Positions 11,348 through 26,545 of a stretch of 64,000 nucleotides of DNA are shown one piece after another. Each line of letters starts with the position of its first letter. Positions within the stretch are counted from its first letter, which is position 1. This DNA is from Octopus bimaculoides (lineage: Eukaryota). A program made the position numbers and the translations under genes. The stretch covers positions 24,419,520 to 24,483,519 of the forward strand of contig NC_068999.1 of the NCBI RefSeq assembly GCF_001194135.2, in the 5' to 3' direction. A model generated the notes under the pieces. That model saw only the letters and a program-made list of their open reading frames with translations. It made no database searches and was not told where the DNA came from.

Positions 11348-13963
11348 GATTATTTCTTTTTCTATTATTTTAGTTAAAAAAAAAAAAGAAGTTATGTCCA
11401 ATTGCTTTTACAAGCTTTCTGTAGCTGATGAGATGGATGCAGTCATTTTTGTACCAAATATTCAAATATTAGAGGGTTTTTTTTTTGCTTATTTTCATCT
11501 ATCAGTGCTCTTAGCTGTTAATCATCCTCATTATCAGATGTGATAAGATTTATTAATTAGCTACTTAAGGGCTGTTAGTCTTTTATACCTTCTATAAATT
11601 TTTTGGGGGTGGTGGTGGTGGTGGTGGTGGGGTAATGATTCAGTTATAGGTGTCTCATTTCAGCAATAAACCTTTTATGGTACTCAGTAGTTCTGTATTT
11701 ATCTGCTTGTTGAACAAGAATATCTCTACCATTCGTGAATATTTTGGAACTGAGCTATTCATTTGATGAGTTTTAAAAAAATTTTCTTTATTTTCTTTTT
11801 TTTATTATAAGAAAAATCATATTTGCATTTATTTTCTGTTCGAGAATAAATGTAAATGAAAAGTAGAGTAGCAGTACCAGATGCTATTACTATCAGTGTA
11901 CAAAGAAGCAGAAGTCAGTGTGATGTATGATAGTACAATCATTGTTTGCAATGGAATATGACAGAATCTCAAATAGGCTAACTGAGAATCAACTCTAACT
12001 CTATTAAGTATGTTGATGTGATTAACAGTATGACCACTCTAGTATTTAAGTCTAAAGACATTTTTTGAATGCTAATAGAAGATAAGTTATTACCAAGGTG
12101 ACTTCTATTTAGAATTATGAAGTAGGACACATGATAATATGGTTCAGGGAAATGTTTCTAGTGTTTGTGGCTTGTTTTTGTAGGATGAGTACTGTATAAT
12201 GTCTGTGAAAGGGGTTAATGAAGACAAACTATGCAGTAATACAAGACAAATTGAGTTTAGTATATATTGATGTTTTGTGATGTGGAAGTGTATTCATCCT
12301 CTGCTGGTATTGGAAAATATTCTCAAATTTGGTGGTGGAGGAATGTAATTTGTAAATTGTGAGTTAATGTTTGGAACTCTCTATAAAAGAACCTTTCCAG
12401 CTGAAACAAGCTCTACAAATGAATCTGTGCTGATGAAATTTTGTTAATGTTTTTTGATTCATTTGCTAATTATCTTAACTCAAACCTTCAAGTGGCCCAC
12501 TTATGTGTAGTAGTTATTATAACTAGTCTGGATAGTAAATTAATTAGATATTCATTACAGTCAAGGGAAGCTGGCTCCATATGTAATTTAATTGAGCTTA
12601 GGATTTCAGAAAAGGAGAAAACTTATTGAGAGTTCAACAAATGGTTTCTTTTTTTTCCCCCACACTGTATTGCTTGTTTTCCACTTAGACGTTAATTTAA
12701 TATAAATGCGCTAATTTTTTCTTTTCTTCATCCATAAATCATTAATTAAATAGGCCATACTTCTATGTCTTCTCCAGGTCTATCTTGCTTGGTCCATTTT
12801 GAATACTCAAATCTTATACATTCCTAATACCGGTCTCCACGTTTATTTTCTCTTAGTTCTACATGTACCACTTCAGTTCTGTTTCGATGCATTAGTATAT
12901 GTTGACAGTTTTTAAGTGCATCTGTTTTTAGTTGGAAAACTAGACATTCAAGTTACACAAATGTTTTTTTACAATCTGTTAAGAATGAGTCATACACTAT
13001 TTTGAACTTAAGCATGTGTGTGTGTGTGAATGTCTGAACATATTAAATTGATATATTAGTTTATGAATTGTTTCGTTATTGAAACGTAGTAACATTTAAA
13101 ACTAAATCAAATGGCCTAAAATTTAATTTAGCAGCCCATACAACTTTTATATTGATTTAATGTCTCTTTAACTGTTCAGTCCACTCATACTTGTGCTTTA
13201 ACTGTGGGTTGACTCCATAAACCATAAATTGCTCTCACTTTCAACTGCCAGTTTGAAACATTTCACATGACGATAATTGAAATATCACTTTTCAAAAATA
13301 TCTGTGGTAATGGCAGGAAAGACTTGCTAGTTGTAGAAGACATTTTGATTAGAGTTAATAAAATTTAGACATGTAATATATTAAAATGTTTCTCATTTTC
13401 ATTGATTGAGGACTTCATAAAAATAATGCTTCGCTCCATAGTCTGTAGTTTTAGTGGACGAGACAGATGCCACTATTCTTTATTACATGATACCTATTTT
13501 TCAATTATAGACACTGAAACAAGTTTTAGTTGTGTGACACAAGTCATAACAAGATTCCATTAGCAATTTTATAACTCATAAATATTGTTAATTTAATATT
13601 TTATCCACTCTAAAATATTTGAATAAGAGAGACATAACTAACAATGCTTTATGTCTGTTTTGTATTTTTGTCAAATAAGATTTCCGTTTAGTGCAGATTT
13701 TCTGTATGTCAATGACAATGCTCATGGCTTGTGATGGCAGGCAGTTTCGTTTGTTGTCCTCAATTTTCTGTTGCTCAGTGCCCCATTTCACCAAATGGTG
13801 TTTTACACTTATCCACCACCACTACAACCACTTTCCATGTTTTGCTAAAAATAGAAATTGAATAAAACCAAGCTAATTTTGCACAACAGTTTCATACCCA
13901 TATTTTCTATATTATCGTATCCAACATGTACCTCTTCTTAGATATATTTGCATGAACTAGTAT

Positions 13964-14120
13964 TATCATCATCATCATCATCATCATCCACCTTCCATAC
14001 TGGTATGGGTCGGATGGTTTGAAACTGGCCTGGCAGGAACCTCTACCAGACTTCTGTGTCTGTTTTAGCACAGTTTTTACAGCTGGATGCCCTTCCTGAC
14101 ACCAACCACCCAGCAGAGTA
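13964..14120 (-). mobile_element. RTE-type 3' end, diverged
   Basis: (atc)n followed by ttccatactggtatggg...cagctggatgcccttcct..accaaccac. Confidence 0.7.
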
Positions 14121-17100
14121 ATCACTTAAAAACTGTATTCCCTACATCAAATTTTTTATGGAAATTACCAAAGAAGGTGAGGACATATATAATGAAACTG
14201 TATTGGACCATGGCACATCATCAATTGTGTTTCTGTTCATATTTTAATCTTGATAAAGTTTTTTGAAAATGTATTTGAAATAGAAGTACTGTACTTGGTT
14301 TAGAAATTTAATTTCTAGGTAAATGTATGACCTTTTTAAATCCCCACCACCACTGTTGGATTTCCTTGGCATTTTCCCCCTTCCTTGTGATCCACAATGC
14401 TCTTAATGGGATATTGCTGCCAGATACCAACCTCCATGAGACTGCTCCTGGTTTTACAATACAAACTTGTTTTAAAGTAATCTAAATTAAAACATTCCAT
14501 CAGAATTTCATGTTATGTTCTAAACACCAGCTTTATATTAATGACAAAGTTATTTTACTAAATTCTTCATTATTGTCAACATAAATTGAAACAAATGCAG
14601 TGGATTTCAACAGAAATGTTATAACAAAAGGTTTCAGAACCATTTGTCCAGTGTAATAAAATGTAAAACCTTCCTTTAAATGGAAGTCCAGTTAATTTAT
14701 TTCTTGGACACCTCCGCTCTAGTTTTTGCAATGAAGTATCAGGGGGAAAAAAACTGGTTTGCAAAGATATGTTTTACTTAGCATGTTTACCCATTAATTG
14801 TTAAAAAAAAAAATTGGCAACCCCATTATATTACTTGTACATATTATATTGACATCAGGTAACTGAAAGGCAAAGGTGATACTAAAACCTTAATACTGTT
14901 AGTTGGTGATACTACTTGCCCTTATTATGTATGGCAATAGCACAAACATACGTACATTAAGATATTTAATGAATTTCTCTAATTTCATTTTATTTGAAAC
15001 AATAACTTATAGTTTTCATATTCCTTTTCTCTGAAATTTAAATTTACATTGGCTTAATTTCTCCTTAAACAGTCCCGCATGGTAATTCCATGTAAACAAG
15101 AGAAATTTCAATTTCTGTTTATCATTTGTTGTAAAAGGGTTAAATTCATTGGCTTTTTAAATGAGCCATATACTTGGTTATATTTATAAACTATCACATG
15201 AATGAGTTTATCTGTGCATTAAGTTGTCAGAATTAAAATAATAAAAAAATACGCAAGTAAATGAATCAAACATCACTTCAATATAAAATTTCTAACAGGC
15301 AAAGTATTTTTCAGAAGCCAATTTTATCTAAAGATACAAGATTTGCTGTTATCTCACATTGATAAAGCTATGAGAAAAAGGGGCTTTATCTGGGCACAAT
15401 GTAACAAATGTTACACACAGAAGCCTACTTGTTTGCTAGTTTTATAATAGAGTATAAATAACAGTTTTCTAATAAAGTATCTATAATAGACCTATTATAG
15501 AAGCCACTATGTTTTTGTTGAACTCCAACTGAGTCATGATAAAAGATGTTCCAGCATGGACCATTCCATTTTTTTTTTTCATTCAGAACTATATTATTCT
15601 GTTTTTCATTTCTTTTCTTTTTGTAAAATGTAAAAATGGTATGATTTGAGCAAAATTTGACTACAAATTCTAGCAGGTTGAGTAACTACATGGAGGCTCT
15701 CTCATTGATGTAAGAAACTAATCTTAGTTGTGTCTGTGTCTGAGAAAATTGTAATTTGTTTCCCCAAAGGTCTTTTTGTAGTCTCCATACTAGAAGATTT
15801 GACCTTGTTTATATATCCTCATCACAGAGAGAATGAATATAACCTAGCAATATGGTTTATTTTTATACATGAAAATGACTTATGTTGATGTCTAACATTG
15901 GCACATAATCAGAAATTTGTTGCTGTTTGCAAGAATTGGAGTTATAATAGCTTGGATTGATAAAGTACATAACTAGTCCTTATTTTATTAATAACCCCTG
16001 GGGAAGTAAAAGGCTAAGTTGATCATGACTTTAAACTCAGAAGTTAGAGAGAAGAAACTAAATATTGAACGCCATTTAATCTCATGCACTACTGTTTCTG
16101 ACACTCCACTGTTTTCAAAGTAACTAACAGAACAGAAAATGTATATAGATTTTTTTTTTTATATCTGTTCTTGTATGAGTCAGCTAATTCAAACATTTCC
16201 ACTATCCAAGCAGGTTGACATTTCTATATCTAATTTCTGTGTTACTTAATGGTGTTTTGTTTATATTTTCTAGCTTGGTAGAATGAGGTACATAATGTGC
16301 TCGATTTTTTTTTTTTTTCTTTCTTTTCAAGACTCCAAATTTGGTTGATACTAATCACTGATTGTACAGTTAGGTGGTATCTAAATATCTAAATAATCAC
16401 CTAGCTACTCCTCATTTCAGTAAGGAAGCTGTTGTCTGGTCTTGGTATGGAAATATTAAAATGATCAGCGCTGTAACATGTCAATGAGTAATAATAATAA
16501 GCCACTGAAATTAATGAAATGATAGATGTAAGAGAATCAACACATGTAGCTGTAGAAGTACTGCTTAATGTTGTATATTTATATCCAGTAAATTTCTGGC
16601 ATGTCATGTGTGTATTCTAAATTATGTATTCATGGAAAGCAACCCTTTATGCAGGTAACTTTTTTTGTTAGAGTAGCAAGAAAGTAGCTTTGTTCCTTAC
16701 ACTTAGGCAGTAATTTGGTACCACATAGGCAAACAATGGATACATAATGTGTCTGTTGTGGTATTTGTCATTGGAATCTATTGGATACAGAAATATACTT
16801 TTTATTATGTAGACACCCTGATTAATACTAGTGACAATGTTGTAGTTGAGCTCCTGACCAGCCCCGATTGGGCTGACCTATAATCAAGGATATTCCAGCC
16901 ATGACCATCCCTGCAGGGGACCCATGGCTATTACCTATTGTATCCCTACTCTAAGAGAGTAGAGTGTGATTTCTGGGAGATTTGACTGCAATTTCTAACT
17001 GAGCAATCATGTGAAGGCTCCCTTCTTGCCTCATGATAATGTCTGTAAAATACTATGGTGATATAATAATAACTTACAGCCATAAGTAACAGACATTCTC

Positions 17101-18715
17101 TGAAGCTGGCAATGTGCTGAAAATGACAATTATTGGATTAATAATATGGAATTTAGCAGATTAAAATTGGGGAAGCTAAGAAATAAGCTAAAATCCAGGG
17201 AGGGTATCAAGTAATGCATATGCCTTCTTTATGATAAATGTGGCTTGACAGTATAGTATTACTTCATTCAGAAGTTGGCATTGCAGATAATGATATGTAT
17301 GTTGCATTAAAAATGTCAGCATGTCTGTTACTAAAGGAATTGTTGACATCTAACCCAGATTCTCTTAATACTTTACACATATCTGGAGTGTGGTAGAATG
17401 AGGAAGAACTAGACTGAACATAATCAGTCATCTATATGCTGTACTGGATTTGTCGATAAATTTTGGTAAAAATGTTCATTCAGTTATGCTGACTTGAACT
17501 CATTTTTACTATTGATATTCTTTTACTGTTCTAGTTTCTGCTTAAATATAGTGTGGGAATATGTGAAATATCCCTTTGGTTGAAATTTAATAAAAATCTA
17601 TCCCACATGTACACTGAAAGTGAAATGTCATCCAAAGGTTTACAAATTTGACACACCCTATAAGAAAATAATTTAACATTTTGCTATGGTTTATTTATTT
17701 ATTAGACTAAAAACTTATTTAATTTTGCCAAAAAGGGTTGCAAATGTCTAGCTTGATGACTTGCCTGTTGCCCATATAGAAAAGTTTTGAATAACAAATT
17801 ATTTTTGTGTATTTTGGTGGTGGTGGTGGTGGTGGGGGAAGTCATCATCTTAAAAAAATATATTTTATTATGTTTTACTGAAATTACAATACAAAGCTTG
17901 CTACTGCAGACATTTTTAATTAATAAATCATTTCCTATCTACCTGCATAGATCAATCAACTTGGAGATAACTGATTTTTATATGAAAGCTGTTGTGCTAA
18001 TAGAGAAATTGTGGCAAATGAATCTTACTATTATTATAATGGTTGATTTCATAGAATGAATATTGGCTGTTCCAATTAATTCTACCATTTGATGATTATC
18101 ATCAGCTCAACAGAGATCTAAATCTCATTTGTTTTTATTTCCAATCCTACACAGCCACCCTACTGATTCTGTTGTGCCTAAGTTATCTTTCATCTCCAGA
18201 CTAACATCTGTGTTCAGCATTTACTCCTTTTTTTTTTTTCCTCTTCATCACCCTTTTTTTTTTTTTAATTAATTCCCTACATAATGAAATGCTGCTCTTA
18301 CCAATTTTCAGTTTGAACATTTTCTTGTCTCTTATTTGGCTTTCTTACAAATTTATTGTTTTGATAACACAGTAAAGAACATCATGGTATCTAGCTCCAA
18401 TCTTGTTATATTCTCTGGTGTAAAACAACTGATGGAGTTCAGCTCAACTTTAAGCATTCTTCCTTAAAAACAAGGCTTTGTTTGTGATGATAGAAAATTG
18501 ACATCACTTACATCTTATTAATTTTTGTGTCTTATTACCTCATAGTGTCTTTAGATTTGAACTCACCAGCTCTTCCCAAATATTCTTTAATCAAGTACCA
18601 TGGGTACTCTTTGACAGCACACAATATTTTTCACTTGTTTATTTATATCACATGTCCATGCAAACTGCCCCAACCTCTGCACATCCCCCACGCTTTTTAT
18701 GCAGCGCGTGCATGT

Positions 18716-18717
<2 letters not shown>

Positions 18718-18748
<31 letters not shown>

Positions 18749-18904
18749 AAGTTTCTATAGAGTTTTTGCTGCCAAATTCCACTCACAAACTATTAGTTAA
18801 CCCAAAACTATGGTAGAAGACACTTTCCTTCAGTACCACCTAGTGGGGTTGAACCTGGAAGCACATAGTTATGAAGTGAACATCTTAACTAAGCAGCTAT
18901 GCCT
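18718..18904 (-). mobile_element. SINE family A 5' half plus (CA)n
   Basis: Reverse complement of the family head and CORE region, ending in the internal microsatellite. Confidence 0.65.
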
Positions 18905-19640
18905 GTGCTATCTGATGGGCACAGGCAAGGAAGCCTACCATTAGTTGTGAATTTCCGATCCTTTGATCATGCAGTGTTTTCACTGTCTCTGTTTATGAAA
19001 TCAATACAAGTCTAGATGTTTATAATGTGTAAGTAATCTCTATTGGATGATTAAGGAAAAGGAATAGGTGATGTCATCTATAAAGGACCCTGCGTGATTA
19101 GAAGTAAGAGTGAGAAGCTCATTAATGTAAAGGGAGACATTAGGAATCTGGGGTACACCAAGATTGGAAAGAGCCTTATTGATGCTTGTTACAAACAGGC
19201 TTCCATTCAAAGAGATGATAGATGGAAGACTCGCATGCATATGGTCAAAAGCTTTGCTGATGCCAGCATAACATTTTACTTTTGCTGAAGTTTTGAAAAA
19301 TAGAAAAACACTGATGTGACAGTGATGAATAGAAACCATATTGGTGGTCAATGAGATGCCATTGTTTCCATTTCTTTTGGGATGTTGGAAGTAAGGTCGA
19401 TAAAGTCATTAATTGGCAGCCATGGTTTTTGTTTTGTTTGTTTTTTACTTTATGAAGTAAGAATTTTCTTGACTCAATAAGCTGCCTTGCTTAAATACTG
19501 TAAATATCCTTTTGCATAATTATGTTCATTGTTTCAGACACAATCATTTCTCTATTAGCTGATATGTACTCATGGGATAATTGACTGTGTCCCTAATCCT
19601 TTAATACTTGCTGTATTATATACATACTACTTAAATACAT

Positions 19641-19672
<32 letters not shown>

Positions 19673-20346
19673 GCGTTTTGCAATCATCATCTGATTTGAT
19701 TGTTTTTTTAAGAGCTTTTATTGCTGCTGCTGCTTCTTACTGACCTGTTCAAAGATTATCAATTATATCCAATTATATTTCTAAATGGTTTTAAACCTTT
19801 ATCATTCATATTTCATTTAATCTTCTGTTTATATATTTTGAAAATACTGCTAGCATTTTGTTGTATATACTTCTATATTAATAGTTATTAAAATGATGGC
19901 CAGGAAACCTAAGATCTATTTCTTTTCTGTCATTCTACAATATGTAGAATATTTATGGTTTTAAAGTTTACTAAGGTAGATTAGGAGCGCTCGCTAATTT
20001 ACTGTTATGATAAATAATTAAGACTGATGTTGAAGATTATGAATTTGGACAAGTTTGTATGCTATGAGGAGAAAAGTAATCTAGTATTTCAAAACTGATT
20101 CTTTATCTGAGAGAGTGAAAACATTTTCAGATGAAGGGTCATCTTTCTCTTCTCCCCACAGCATACAAATTTCTCCAGTCTGATAAACTTCATTGAGTAA
20201 TTTTTGTTGATGCCAACCACTACCAATTTCATAGGCCTTTGTTTCATATCAATATACATGTTTTACAATATTTTAAGACATTGAAATTTTTTTTTTCCTA
20301 CCTCTGCATATATCTAATGGTTTTTTTTTTCTTTTCTTCATTGCAG

Positions 20347-20379
20347 GTTAATCGTGTGGACTGTTTATCCTACTTCTGA
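20347..20379 (+). CDS. Candidate terminal coding exon of an unidentified + strand gene
   Basis: Strong acceptor ttttttttttcttttcttcattgcag|G. One frame gives VNRVDCLSYF* (another gives LIVWTVYPTSDYLSTEKLPVNLH*). No homolog recognised. Confidence 0.3.
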   Translation, partial: VNRVDCLSYF

Positions 20380-23300
20380 TTACCTATCAACTGAAAAACT
20401 GCCTGTGAATTTACACTGACAATTCAATTTGTTGTGTGCAAGCATTGCGGCTGTTAATCAGTGTTTGGAAACATTCATTCTTGCTGACTAGTTGGTTCCT
20501 GATTGTCAGATTGGTTCTACCAGCTGCTGCTATCATCACCATTTAATCAAATATCAGACATCAGTTTCTCCATCTGCAGCTACCAGCTCTGTTCGTCAAC
20601 CAATTATCAAATAGTAATCTTGTGACCTCTTCACCTGACATAAATTGGTCATCTTCTGAATATTTCTGCGAATACTTTCAATGAGAGTACACATTTCCGC
20701 AGTTCTGTTTGAATCCATGTTGTAGAGGTTCTGTCTAAAGTGACATCTTATAGACTTTATCGCCATCATAGTTGCATGAACTTAAAGAGTCTTAGAAGAA
20801 AAAAAAAATCAGTAAAACAAAATCAAGCATTAATATATCAAAGTTGAATCAATTCATGTCCTTGTTTAGGTGCTTTCAGAAAAAGCAAAATCAACCCCTC
20901 TGCTTATCTTTTTTTTTTTTTTTAAATTTTATTTTATATCTAACTTTTACTTTTCTAAATCTACCATATACTCTGGTTTGAAAATACTGAGGAATCTAAT
21001 TTTTAGATATATTTTCTAAAAGGAAAAACTTCACTTTCTATGAGCTCTAGTTATCCTTTTGTGGTCAAAGACATGGAAGTCACTAGGAACTTCACCGCTG
21101 TCTGTCTTTGATTTGTTGCTGTATCATGAAGTTGTTTTTTTTATCAACAATCAAATTTTGCATTCAACATCCATTTCTTAGCAACCTCATGAGTATGAAA
21201 AATTTTGATGTAGTGTTTTCTACATTATCCAACTGAAACATACTGGCAAAAAGCCAAGGAATATATCTTTAACATCTTTATAATAGTATTTTTATAAGCA
21301 TGTTTAAAATTTATATTTGAAGATTGATTTTGAAAAGTATCAGTTCTAGGAATTCTTTAGAAATATTATTTTAGTTTGGTCATTTTACTTATGTTAAAAG
21401 ACTACAATTATAATAATATGTGGCTTCACTTTTAGAAATCTTGAAGCTAAAAATTAACTCAACCAATAAACACCACCTTTTGAAAGCTTTGCTTCTGTAC
21501 GAATCTAGTTATTTGATGGTATTACTGAAAATACATAGTGAAATGTGCCTAGAGTCAGAGGAATGATCATTTCAAGCCAGACATATTCACCCATCCAGCA
21601 AAGATTAAATGCTGAATACACAGCAAGATAACAAGAGGTCAGTAAGTGTTGTGCTCATGTCTTCTTTTCCTCATGAACTCTTAACAAATTTCTCCTGCCA
21701 TTAGAGTTTATATGACAGTGCAGTATGATAATTTCATCTAACATTTAAAAACTCACTTACAAATCTCTGCTGACTGTTTATTTTTGACTGTTTTGTTTTT
21801 GTAATTAAATTTGCATAAAGTGCGCTGTCACTTGAACATTATGTTATTAAAGCTCCTGCAGAATGTTTTTGCACTAACTTCCTAAATAAAAAGACTAATT
21901 ATAATAATAATAGATGAGCTGAGGTTTTAATATGAAAATTTGAACTAATGTGCTTCTTATTAGAAATATCTACTGCTAGTTACTGCAGTAGTTCAGTTTT
22001 TTTTTTTTTTTCAATGCCATATTATTTTGGCTTGGTTACAGTCATTTGTAATCATGTAGACTGAAGTTCTAACAAATTTAATGCTTTCATCTTTGATCTG
22101 CAATACTGAATGAAGCCTTTGTCACAAAACCAATCTCAATGTCTTTCATATAGTTCTATGAGTCTAAATATTGATTGTCCAAACTGTGCTTAGATCAGCG
22201 CAAAACCCTAAATCCCACAGCTTTAAATGTATAATGGTGACAAATAGAACTGTGTATTACTGTCATCCAAAGATTTCTGAAACATTTTGTACAACTTTAG
22301 TTTGCATTAATTTTTATATATTTTTTTATCTAAGAGTTCAATCTTATTTAGTTACATCATCTATATCAAGTTCTAAAGTCAACAGATTACTCATAGCTAG
22401 TAGGAATATAGGGCAAAATTCTAATGATATTCTGCTGTTTTACATCTTTTCAATGCTCAGTTTGGACAAAAACAACAAAAAAACAACAATAAAACAAAAA
22501 AAAATGCATTCTTCACTATTTAGATATTCATAGTCTTTTCTCTTTAGAAATTCTAGCTGGGACCATTGAAAACAGAAGCCACATGATGTTGTGGCTGGAT
22601 CTTTCAAGTTATAACTTATGATGTGGCATCCATTCTTCTCTGTTCTTATATGTATATTGTAAATAGAAATCCTGTTATTTAATCATCTCTATTTCTGTCA
22701 AGTGTCTTAACTTTCCATTAATTTTTGTAGTGACTTATTTCGAAGTGGAAATCGTATTGAGTAAGGTTTGGCTTAGTTTAATCGACTGTAGCTTGTTGTT
22801 GCAGTTGTTCTCCTGCCTTGTATTAAGCACACAATTCCTGCGCAATACAATTCCTATCTGGGTTCTATGACTGCCTAAATCTCTATCTAAACCTGCTTTA
22901 TTTTGTATTTATATTTTTAATCCTCAATATCAAATGATCTGATAGCATTTACAAAGGCTCAATCAGTTCAGTTGGGTGAGCAAACTTTTCCTACTCTCCA
23001 GTGTAGGATTGCTGTCATTACAGAAATGGTTTTAGAAACTACTACTCAATGCTAAGCTCTGTTTGATCTTTAAATTTTTACAACTACCTCAGCAAAGCAA
23101 ATATATCATCTGATTTCCATAGATTCCTATAAAATTTATTTTTGTTTAAATTTTTTTTTTTAAATAAGCTCTTAATTAGCATCTATCTTTGTTTAGTTTC
23201 CTACCTTGCTGTAGGCACCAAAGTAAAAGTATTTAGAAATATGTCACCTATGAGTTGACTTATGTTTCTCTTAAGAATTTGATTTCCATTGTATATTACC

Positions 23301-25277
23301 ATAGTTATGTCAACCAGCCATCTTAAAGAATTGCTGGCAGACCAAAAAAAACAACCAAAAAAAAAACCTCATGGTTCATCCTTTATAGACAAAAGTATCA
23401 AATGTATATTGGTTTTAGTGCTCTCCGTTTTCCTTTTGTTCTACCATCTCATTATACATATATATATGGTTACTACTTCCCCAATGCTTGCTGCAATGAG
23501 GCTAACATTTTGTTCAGATCCTCACTGATTAAAACTTCATACAATTAAGAAAATTTTTTAATTGTCTCCATCCATTCATGCCATTGACAACTCATTGGTA
23601 ATCTATTTGTTTACTTGAAATACTTCAAATAGATTTTTTAGCATTTTAAAAATCATTTGCCAAATCACCATTTTGTATCAAAATAGCCATGTTTATTTGC
23701 TTTTAAAGAAAGAATACTTGAAAAAAAAAAAAATTGTGTCAAATTCTTCACAACTTTCTTTCAAATCCTCAAATTTAGAACCTTCAATAAAATCTCTATT
23801 ACTTTGTTGATACATCTCTAGTTTTTATTTTTAAGTTTGTATGCAATCAATAAATCTTTATTAGATAGATTTGTTTTTAATATAACTTGATCATTATTCA
23901 AAAGGATGTTACAAGTTTTCTTTTGGAGATCTCCATTAGATCCCTTCTAGTTGTTTTTACCCAAACCATTGTTTTTTTTTTTTTAATTTTAAAACTGATC
24001 TTGTTATCTTTTCATGTTCCCTTTATTCCTTTTTTGCTAAAAAAAAAGTGATGAAGTTTATTGATTTGTTTAAATCCATGTTACTCATTACTTGTTGATT
24101 CATTATTATAACAACAACAACAACAACAATAATAATTCATATCTGTGCTGGATTTAAAGCTAATTTCTAGAGGCTTTTTTTGTGTCCAGGTTTCATGAAA
24201 GTAATAAATGTATGAAAACTATTTCATTTTTTTCATTGCATTCATAAATCGTTTTATGAAAGCAATGAATGAATATTATTTTTAGTTATTACTAAACTAT
24301 CATATCCAAATTTTTCAACATCTGCATTCAGATAACATTAGTTTTACTTCATCAGTCTCTCAGTTTTCTAATTCCATGTGCATAAATTAACTGTTTATAT
24401 TTTTACAACTTGTGGATGTTCTATACTTCTAAAACATATCCCTTTGAGTTGCGGTAGGTATTAAGAAATCTGAGACGATGTAATATTAAAAAAAAGTCTC
24501 CAAAATCATTTTTTTTACAATTTTTCACATTCTGATCAATTATTCTAGGAAATGCTTCAAAAGTAAACAATTGTCAATGTTTGAAAATTTCACTGCTTTA
24601 CAGGTTTGTAAATTATTCAAGAAATTTTTTTGTAATTCCCTTACATTACTATTGCTTGGATTTGATATAACCTGTGGCTCTGAGTTGAAATGAAACAAAT
24701 TTATACATAGGTTAAGAAAAGTAACTGGATCAATTAGGGATATACAACCCTGTGTTTTTCAAACATACATATTTGGACTGATTTTTAAAGAGGGAATGGA
24801 ATGTGCAATAATATCTGCCTAGAAACTGTTTTAATTCTTGCCAGTTCCAGTAAAAATTTGTATCCTTTACTGCTTTACCATAAAATTATCTTTTAATAAA
24901 TTGATCTGATCAATGTTTTTCAATTTACTCTCTTTGGTAAGGTTGTTTATTCTACAACACAACAAAGAGGTATTGAATTACATTTAGCTTTCAGATTCTA
25001 CCTTCATGCTACTGTTTACTTTTACATTTGCAAGTCCATGTTACCCTTGGTAATTTGAAAGAAAAGTCGATATACAACACATACACATTGTCGCATGAAT
25101 AAGAAATTGTGAGATTTTTTAATCCTTCTTTATGTAGGGTGCATGTTATAGCTGGTTACAAAGACCATATTTGATGTTAGAGGTAAAGGAATATAATGTT
25201 ATCTAGTACAAATACAAAATGAAATGAGAAATTTTGCAAAAAAGCATTCTATTTGAGCTGTGTGGGTGGGCAAGTAT

Positions 25278-25500
25278 AATATATATATGGGCAAGCATGG
25301 CTGTGTACTTAAGAAATTCACTTTTGCAATCATGTGGTTTTTTAAGTTTAGAACCACTGAACAGCACCTTTGGCATATGTCTTCTTCTATACCATGGTTG
25401 ACCAATGCCTTGTGAGTGAATCCCATAGACAGAAACTACAAGAAGCCCACTGTGTGTATGTGTGTGTGCGTGTGTGCATGCAAATATGCATGTATGTTGA
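25278..25500 (+). mobile_element. SINE family A 5' half; an RTE-type tail follows at about 25560-25712
   Basis: gcatggctgtgtacttaag...gcacctttggcatatgtcttcttctata...gacagaaact, then (TG)-rich sequence. Confidence 0.65.
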
Positions 25501-25801
25501 TATTTCACTTATCACCATTTGAGTGACATGGTGGTGATGTCTGCATTCCTTAAACTAACTGCTCTGTGCTTGCTAAGATTTGTGGAATAAAAAAAAATCC
25601 CTTAGTTGGAAAACTGAAGATTGGTGACAGGAAGAGCATCTGGCCATAAAAACCTTGCCTCAAAATCAATTCCTGTCCAAACCATGCTAGCATGTAAAGA
25701 AAATAATGTTAAATGAATGAACAGAATATATATATATCTATATGTATATACACATATACATTATTTATATATATACATGCATACATTAAATATATATACA
25801 C

Positions 25802-25859
<58 letters not shown>

Positions 25860-26063
25860 GCACACATATATATATGTACATGGTGGTGGTGGTTGTCTAC
25901 TCCTTACACAGAGTTTGACCACCTCCTGCACCGACACCTTAGCCCTTTCATGGCGTCTGATGTGGCTTTTTAAACCAATGTTTTGAAAAAACACCCACAC
26001 AGATTGCACCTCTGATTTGTACTACCAATACACATATGTACACAAACACATTTATATATACAT

Positions 26064-26115
<52 letters not shown>

Positions 26116-26344
26116 GAGAGAGAATGAGAAGAGTATGATAGTCTGAAACTGCAATAAGGCCAGATGTGTTTTCCTCCCTCCTTGAAAAATGTTATTTTCA
26201 CCCAAAATATTGGATTATTAAATGTTTTAAAGTCAAAATTTTATCTTTGTTCTTTATATTTAATATTTTCCCCAACTGTATTGTTGTAGCCTTTCTAAAT
26301 CACTGTTTTTATATATCATTATCATCTTTTAATGATTTTTTTTC

Positions 26345-26545
26345 CATACTTCCATGGGTCAGATGGATTTTAATGAAGTAAATTTTCACCAGCTAGATGT
26401 TCTTCCTGTCACCACTGTCCACCTGTTTCCAAGCCAGCTAACAGTTCTCTTCGTCTATCACACACTAACAGAACAGCAGTCAAACTTTTTATGGAAGATT
26501 GGAAAGGAATAACATCAATTGTATGACAGTGACATTTGTTAAAAT
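26345..26545 (-). mobile_element. RTE-type 3'UTR/SINE fragment (third variant)
   Basis: Homologous to 28800-28985 and 51765-51870 (gggtcagatgga.ttt..tgaag.aaattttc..cagct.ga.g.tcttcctgtcacca). Confidence 0.6.

Noticed and set aside
17272-17393. Open + strand frame EVGIADNDMYVALKMSACLLLKELLTSNPDSLNTLHISG
   Set aside because: Weak donor, no recognised homolog and no linked exon.
19040-19351. ORFs on both strands with protein-like composition
   Set aside because: No start context, splice signals or recognisable motif.
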